Below are positions 56,479 to 64,000 of a DNA stretch of 64,000 nucleotides, one piece after another; the stretch's first letter is position 1; the number at the start of each line of letters is the position of its first letter. A program made the translations under genes and the position numbers. Under the pieces are notes generated by a model. The model searched no databases, was not told where the DNA came from, and saw nothing but the letters and a program-made list of their open reading frames with translations. The stretch lies in contig OZ024743.1 of assembly GCA_964016885.1 (NCBI GenBank), positions 209,870,001 to 209,934,000 of the forward strand, read 5' to 3'. This DNA is from Eledone cirrhosa (taxonomy: Eukaryota).

Positions 56479-59400
56479 CCACAGTTTACCATCCTATAGC
56501 CACGCCACGGATGAAAGCTCTTCACTCCATAAGATATACCACAGTTTACAATCCTATAGCTACAGATGAAAGCTCTTCACTCCATAAGATATACCACAGT
56601 TTACCATCCTATAGCCACAGATGAAAGCTCTTCACTCCATAAGATATACCACAGTTTACCATCCTATAGCCACAGATGAAAGCTCTTCACTCCATAAGAT
56701 ATACCACAGTTTACAATCCTATAGCTAAAGATGAAAGCTCTTCACTCCATAAGATATACCACAGTTTACCATCCTATGGCCACAGATGAAAGCTCTTCAC
56801 TCCATAAGATATACCACAGTTTACCATCCTATAGCCACAGATGAAAGCTCTTCACTCCATAAGATATACCACAGTTTACCATCCTATAGCCACACATGAA
56901 AGCTCTTCACTCCATAAGATATACCACAGTTTACCATACTATAGTCAAGCCACGGATGAAAGCTCTTCACTCCATAAGATATACCACAGTTTACCATCCT
57001 ATAGTCACACATGAAAGCTCTTCACTCCATAACATATAACACAGTTTACCATCCTATAGCCAGATGAAAGCTCTTCACTCCATAAGATATACCACAGTTT
57101 ACCATCCTATAGCCACAGATGAAAGCTCTTCACTCCATAAGATATACCACAGTTTACCATCCTATAGCCACAGATGAAAGCTGTTCACTCCATAAGATAT
57201 ACCACAGTTTACCATCCTATAGCCACACATGAAAGCTCTTCACTCCATAAGATATACCACAGTTTACCATCCTATATCCACACATGAAAGCTCTTCACTC
57301 CATAAGATATACCACAGTTTACCATCCTATAGCCAGATGAAAGCTCTTCACTCCATAAGATATACCCCAGTTAACCATCCTATAGCCACAAATGAAAGCT
57401 CTTCACTCCAAAAGATATACCACAGTTTACCATCCTATAGCCACAGATGAAAGTTGTTCACTCCATAAGATATACCACAGTTTACCATCCTATAGCCACA
57501 GATGAAAGCTGTTCACTCCATAAAATATACGACAGTTTACCATCCTATAGCCACAGATGAAAGCTGTTCACTCCATAAGATATACGACAGTTTACCATCC
57601 TATAGCCAGATGAAAGCTCTTCACTCCATAAGATATACCACAGTTTACCATCCTATAGCCACAGATGAAAGCTGTCCACTCCATAAGATATACCACAGTT
57701 TACCATCCTATAGCCAGATGAAAGCTCTTCACTCCATAAGATATACCACAGTTTACCATCCTATAGCCACAGATGAAAGCTCTTCACTCCATAAGATATA
57801 CCACAGTTTACTATCCTATAGCCACACATGAGAGCTCTTCACTCCATAAGATATACCACAGTTTACCATCCTATAGCCACACATGAAAGCTCTTCACCCC
57901 ATAAGATATACCACAGTTTAACATCCTATAGCCAGATGAAAGCTCTTCACTCCGTAAAATATACCACAGTTTACCATCCTATAGCCACACATGAAAGCTC
58001 TTCACTCCATAAGATATACCACAGTTTACCATCCTATAGCCAGAGATGAAAGCTGTTCACTCCATAAGATATACGACAGTTTACCATCCTATAGCCACAG
58101 ATGAAAGCTCTTCACTCCATAAGATATACGACAGTTTACCATCCTATAGCCAAATGAAAGCTCTTCACTCCATAAGATATACCACAGATTACCACCCTAT
58201 AGCCACAGATGAAAGCTCTTCACTCCATGAGATATACCACAGTTTACCATCCTATAGCCACGCCACGGATGAAAGCTCTTCACTCCATAAGATATACCAC
58301 AGTTTACAATCCTATAGCCACAGATGAAAGCTCTTCACTCCATAAGATATACCACAGTTTACCATCCTATAGCCACAGATGAAAGCTCTTCACTCCATAA
58401 GATATACCACAGTTTACCATCCTATAGCCACAGATGAAAGCTGTTTACTCCATAAGATATACCACAGTTTACCATCCTATAGCCAGATGAAAGCTCTTCA
58501 CTCCATAAGATATACCACAATTTACCATCCTATAGCCACAGATGAAAGCTGTTCACTCCATAAGATATACCACAATTTACCATCCTATAGCCAGATGAAA
58601 GCTCTTCACTCCATAAGATATACCACAGTTTACCATCCTAAAGCCACAGATGAAAGCTCTTCACTCCATAAGATATACCACAGTTTACCATCCTATAGCC
58701 ACAGATGAAAGCTCTTCACTCCATGAGATATACCACAGTTTACCATGCTATAGCCACAGATGAAAGCTCTTCACTCCATAAGATATACCACAGTTTACCA
58801 TCCTATAGCCACAGATGAAAGCTCTTCACCCCATAAGATATACCACAGTTTACCATCCTATAGCCACAGATGAAAGCTCTTCACCCCATAAGATATACCA
58901 CAGTTTACCATCCTATAGCCACACATGAAAGCTCTTCACTCCATAAGATATACCACATTTTACCATTCTATAGCCACAGATGAAAGCTCTTCACTCCATA
59001 AGATATACCACAGTTTACCATCCTATAGCCACAGATGAAAGCTCTTCACTCCATAAGATATACCACAGTTTACCATCCTATAGCCACAGATGAAAGCTCT
59101 TCACTCCATAAGATATACCACAGTTTACCATCCTATAGCCAGATGAAAGCTCTTCACTCCATAAGATATACGACAGTTTACCATCCTATAGCCACACATG
59201 AAATCTCTTCACTCCATAAGATATACCACAGTTTACCATCCTATAGCCACACATGAAAGCTCTTCACTCCATAAGATATACCTCAGTTTACCATCCTATA
59301 GACACAGATGAAAGCTCTTCACTCCATAAGATATACCACAGTTTACCATCCTATAGCCACAGATGAAAGCTGTTCACTCCATAAGATATACGACAGTTTA

Positions 59401-62400
59401 CCATCCTATAGCCAGATGAAAGCTCTTCACTCCATAAGATATACCACAGATTACCACCCTATAGCCACAGTTGAAAGCTCTTCACTCTATGAGATATACC
59501 ACAGTTTACCATCCTATAGCCACGCCACGGATGAAAGCTCTTCACTCCATAAGATATACCACAGTTTACAATCCTATAGCCACAGATGAAAGCTCTTCAC
59601 TCCATAAGATATACCACAGTTTACCATCCTATAGCCACAGATGAAAGCTCTTCACTCCATAAGATATACCACAGTTTACCATCCTATAGCCACAGATGAA
59701 AGCTCTTCACTCCATAAGATATACCACAGTTTACAATCCTATAGCCAAAGATGAAAGCTCTTCACTCCATAAGATATACCACAGTTTACCATCCTATGGC
59801 CACAGATGAAAGCTCTTCACTCCATAAGATATACCACAGTTTACCATCCTATAGCCACAGATGAAAGCTCTTCACTCCATAAGATATACCACAGTTTACC
59901 ATCCTATAGCCACACATGAAAGCTCTTCACTCCATAAGATATACCACAGTTTACCATACTATAGTCAAGCCACGGATGAAAGCTCTTCACTCCATAAGAT
60001 ATACCACAGTTTACCATCCTATAGTCACACATGAAAGCTCTTCACTCCATAACATATAACACAGTTTACCATCCTATAGCCAGATGAAAGCTCTTCACTC
60101 CATAAGATATACCACAGTTTACCATCCTATAGCCACAGATGAAAGCTCTTCACTCCATAAGATATACCACAGTTTACCATCCTATAGCCACAGATGAAAG
60201 CTGTTCACTCCATAAGATATACCACAGTTTACCATCCTATAGCCACACATGAAAGCTCTTCACTCCATAAGATATACCACAGTTTACCATCCTATATCCA
60301 CACATGAAAGCTCTTCACTCCATAAGATATACCACAGTTTACAATCCTATAGCCACAGATGAAAGCTCTTCACTCCATAAGATATACCACAGTTTACCAT
60401 CCTATGGCCACAGATGAAAGCTCTTCACTCCATAAGATATACCACAGTTTACCATCCTATAGCCACAGATGAAAGCTCTTCACTCCATAAGATATACAGC
60501 AGTTTACGATCCTATAGCCACACATGAAAGCTCTTCACTCCATAAGATATACCACAGTTTACCATCCTATAGTCAAGCCACGGACGAAAGCTCTTCACTC
60601 CATAAGATATACCACAGATTACCATCCTATAGTCACACATGAAAGCTCTTCACTCCATAAGATATAACACAGTTTACCATCCTATAGCCAGATGAAAGCT
60701 CTTCACTCCATAAGATATACCACAGTTTACCATCCTATAGCCACAGATGAAAGCTCTTCACTCCATAAGATATACCACAGTTTACCATCCTATAGCCACA
60801 GATGAAAGCTCTTCACTCTATAAGATATACCACAGTTTACCATCCTATAGCCACAGATGAAAGCTGTTTACTCCATAAGATATACCACAGTTTACCATCC
60901 TATAGCCAGATGAAAGCTCTTCACTCCATAAGATATTCCACAATTTACCATCCTATAGCCACAGATGAAAGCTGTTCACTCCATAAGATATACCACAGTT
61001 TACCATCCTATAGCCACAGATGAAAGCTCTTCACTCCATAAGATATACCACAGTTTACCATCCTATAGCCACAGATGAAAGCTCTTCACCCCATTAGATA
61101 TACCACAGTTTACCATCCTATAGCCACACATGAAAGCTCTTCACTCCATAAGATATACCTCAGTTTACCATCCTATAGACACAGATGAAAGCTCTTCACT
61201 CCATAAGATATACCACAGTTTAATATCCTATAGCCACACATGAGAGCTCTTCACTCCATAAGATTAACCACAGTTTACCATCCTATGGCCACACATGAAA
61301 GCTCTTCACCCCATAAGATATACCACAGTTTACCATCCTATAGCCAGATGAAAGCTCTTCACTCCGTAAAATATACCACAGTTTACCATCCTATAGCCAC
61401 ACATGAAAGCTCTTCACTCCATAAGATATACCACAGTTTACCATCCTATAGCCAGAGATGAAAGCTGTTCACTCCATAAGATATACCACAGTTTACCATC
61501 CTATAGCCACAGATGAAAGCTGTTCACTCCATAAGATATACGACAGTTTACCATCCTATAGCCAGATGAAAGCTCTTCACTCCATAAGATATACCACAGA
61601 TTACCACCCTATAGCCACAGATGAAAGCTCTTCACTCTATGAGATATACCACAGTTTACCATCCTATAGCCACGCCACGGATGAAAGCTCTTCACTCCAT
61701 AAGATATACCACAGTTTACAATCCTATAGCCACAGATGAAAGCTCTTCACTCCATAAGATATACCACAGTTTACCATCCTATAGCCACAGATGAAAGCTC
61801 TTCACTCCATAAGATATACCACAGTTTACCATCCTATAGCCACAGATGAAAGCTCTTCACTCCATAAGATATACCACAGTTTACAATCCTATAGCCACAG
61901 ATGAAAGCTCTTCACTCCATAAGATATACCACAGTTTACCATCCTATGGCCACAGATGAAAGCTCTTCACTCCATAAGATATACCACAGTTTACCATCCT
62001 ATAGCCACAGATGAAAGCTCTTCACTCCATAAGATATACCACAGTTTACCATCCTATAGTCACACATGAAAGCTCTTCACTCCATAAGATATACCACAGT
62101 TTACCATCCTATAGTCAAGCCACGGATGAAAGCTCTTCACTCCATAAGATATACCACAGTTTACAATCCTATAGTCACACATGAAAGCTCTTCACTCCAT
62201 AACATATAACACAGTTTACCATCCTATAGCCAGATGAAAGCTCTTCACTCCATAAGATATACCACAGTTTACCATCCTATAGCCACAGATGAAAGCTCTT
62301 CACTCCATAAGATATACCACAGTTTACCATCCTATAGCCACAGATGAAAGCTGTTCACTCCATAAGATATACCACAGTTTACCATCCTATAGCCACACAT

Positions 62401-63050
62401 GAAAGCTCTTCACTCCATAAGATATACCACAGTTTACCATCCTATAGCCACAGATGAAAGCTCTTCACTCTATAAGATATACCACAGTTTACCATCCTAT
62501 AGCCACAGATGAAAGCTGTTTACTCCATAAGATATACCACAGTTTACCATCCTATAGCCAGATGAAAGCTCTTCACTCCATAAGATATTCCACAATTTAC
62601 CATCCTATAGCCACAGATGAAAGCTGTTCACTCCATAAGATATACCACAGGTTACCATCCTATAGCCACAGATGAAAGCTCTTCACTCCATAAGATATAC
62701 CACAGTTTACCATCCTATAGCCATAGATGAAAGCTCTTCACCCCATGAGATATACCACAGTTTACCATCCTATAGCCACACATGAAAGCTCTTCACTCAA
62801 TAAGATATACCACAGTTTACCATCCTAAAGCCACAGATGAAAGCTCTTCACTCCATAAGATATACCACAGTTTACCATCCTATAGCCACAGATGAAAGCT
62901 CTTCACTCCATAAGATATACCACAGTTTACCATCCTATAGCCAGATGAAAGCTCTTCACTCCATAAGATATACGACAGTTTACCATCCTATAGCCACACA
63001 TGAAATCTCTTCACTCCATAAGATATACCACAGTTTACCATCCTATAGCC
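53200..63050 (+). repeat. Block ~53.2-55.9 kb repeated at +7149 bp (~60.35-63.05 kb)
   Basis: ORF pairs 53653/60802, 54091/61240, 54309/61458 and 55305/62454 share offset 7149. Shared variants are TACAGCAG..TACGAT, CGGACGAA, CCCATTAG, TAGACAC and TTAATATCC. Confidence 0.9.
56330..60340 (+). repeat. Block ~56.3-57.3 kb repeated at +3020 bp
   Basis: TTACCATACT at 56931/59951, AACATATAAC at 57031/60051, CCTATATCCA at 57271/60291, and GCTAAAG/GCCAAAG at 56724/59744. Confidence 0.85.
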
Positions 63051-64000
63051 ACACATGAAAGCTCTTCACTCCATAAGATATACCACAGTTTACCATCCTA
63101 TAGCCACAGATGAAAGCTCTTCACTCCATAAGATATACCACAGTTTACCATCCTATAGCCACACATGAAAGCTCTTCACTCCATAAGATATACCACATTT
63201 TACCATTCTATAGCCACAGATGAAAGCTCTTCACTCCATAAGATATACCACAGTTTACCATCCTATAGCCACAGATGAAAGCTCTTCACTCCATAAGATA
63301 TACCACAGTTTACCATCCTATAGCCACAGATGAAAGCTCTTCACTCCATAAGATATACCACAGTTTACCATCCTATAGCCAGATGAAAGCTCTTCACTCC
63401 ATAAGATATACGACAGTTTACCATCCTATAGCCACACATGAAATCTCTTCACTCCATAAGATATACCACAGTTTACCATCCTATAGCCACACATGAAAGC
63501 TCTTCACTCCATAAGATATACCTCAGTTTACCATCCTATAGACACAGATGAAAGCTCTTCACTCCATAAGATATACCACAGTTTACCATCCTATAGCCAC
63601 AGATGAAAGCTGTTCACTCCATAAGATATACGACAGTTTACCATCCTATAGCCAGATGAAAGCTCTTCACTCCATAAGATATACCACAGATTACCACCCT
63701 ATAGCCACAGTTGAAAGCTCTTCACTCTATGAGATATACCACAGTTTACCATCCTATAGCCACGCCACGGATGAAAGCTCTTCACTCCATAAGATATACC
63801 ACAGTTTACAATCCTATAGCCACAGATGAAAGCTCTTCACTCCATAAGATATACCACAGTTTACCATCCTATAGCCACAGATGAAAGCTCTTCACTCCAT
63901 AAGATATACCACAGTTTACCATCCTATAGCCACAGATGAAAGCTCTTCACTCCATAAGATATACCACAGTTTACAATCCTATAGCCAAAGATGAAAGCTC
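58920..64000 (+). repeat. Block ~58.9-59.76 kb repeated at +4240 bp (63.16 kb to window end)
   Basis: TACCATTCTA occurs at 58961/63201 and ORFs 59035/63275 and 59308/63548 match. The CAGTTGAA and GCCAAAG variants are in both copies. Confidence 0.88.

Larger units (their letters stand above)
1..64000 (+). repeat. Tandem satellite DNA array, 55-bp monomer with 53- and 60-bp length variants, about 1,170 copies, single orientation, extends beyond both window ends
   Basis: The consensus ATGAAAGCTCTTCACTCCATAAGATATACCACAGTTTACCATCCTATAGCCACAS recurs on every line. ATG starts are spaced 55 bp apart (e.g. 52, 107, 162), 53 bp after GCCAG junctions and 60 bp after GCCACGCCACGG or GTCAAGCCACGG junctions. 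Most monomers differ from consensus at 0-3 positions. Confidence 0.99.

Noticed and set aside
107-63829. Over 100 short plus-strand ORFs (MKALHSIRYTTVYHPIATDESSSLHKIYHSLPSYSQ repeats) as a repetitive protein or peptide-precursor family
   Set aside because: The monomer is 55 bp, not a multiple of 3, so frames shift each unit and hit TGA/TAA/TAG within 2-3 units. ORFs lengthen only where 55+53=108 bp or 60-bp units happen to preserve frame. The same bases are read in different frames, and there is no signal peptide, promoter context or synonymous bias.
1-64000. CRISPR array (TGAAAG-containing, partly palindromic repeat at 53-60 bp period)
   Set aside because: There are no unique spacers, because the whole unit repeats. 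No leader or cas genes are present.
1-64000. Diversity-generating or antigenic-variation cassette library, or an encoded message in the variant order
   Set aside because: Variation is sparse single-base change inherited in blocks and fully explained by duplication and conversion. No recombinase, reverse transcriptase or expression site is visible.
1-64000. Tandem tRNA, 5S, snRNA, spliced-leader or ribozyme genes
   Set aside because: The unit is too short and I see no Pol III A/B boxes, cloverleaf, Sm site or hammerhead core (CTGATGA..GAAA with stems). Only a 4-bp dyad is present.
1-64000. Telomeric repeat, CENP-B box or embedded transposon fragments
   Set aside because: No TTAGGG/TTAGG-type runs, no TTCG..A..CGGG box, and no non-satellite sequence, terminal repeats or orientation switch were seen.

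Overview
The whole 64-kb window is one uninterrupted head-to-tail satellite array, all in one orientation, with roughly 1,160-1,180 copies (64000/55) of a 55-bp monomer. The consensus is ATGAAAGCTCTTCACTCCATAAGATATACCACAGTTTACCATCCTATAGCCACA[G/C] (40% GC, 16 C vs 6 G on +, no CpG). I see no genes, RNA genes, transposons, CRISPR spacers, inversions or unique sequence, and the array runs off both ends. All ORFs in the track are translations of the repeat, kept open by 55+53=108-bp dimers and 60-bp monomers. The real structure lies in the variant pattern: length variants (53/55/60 bp) confined almost entirely to one junction site, an ordered cassette of diagnostic monomers recurring every ~1.4-2.6 kb from 12 kb on, and nested duplications of 273, 491, 493, 1535, 2466, 2633, 5880 and ~7200-7800 bp. 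Some duplications have readable chimeric junction monomers, and there is one apparent gene-conversion tract. It looks like eukaryotic (peri)centromeric or heterochromatic satellite, but I cannot name the family or organism. I found no evidence for a protein-coding system. Offsets were read by eye from diagnostic variants and the ORF track, so block boundaries are approximate unless stated.
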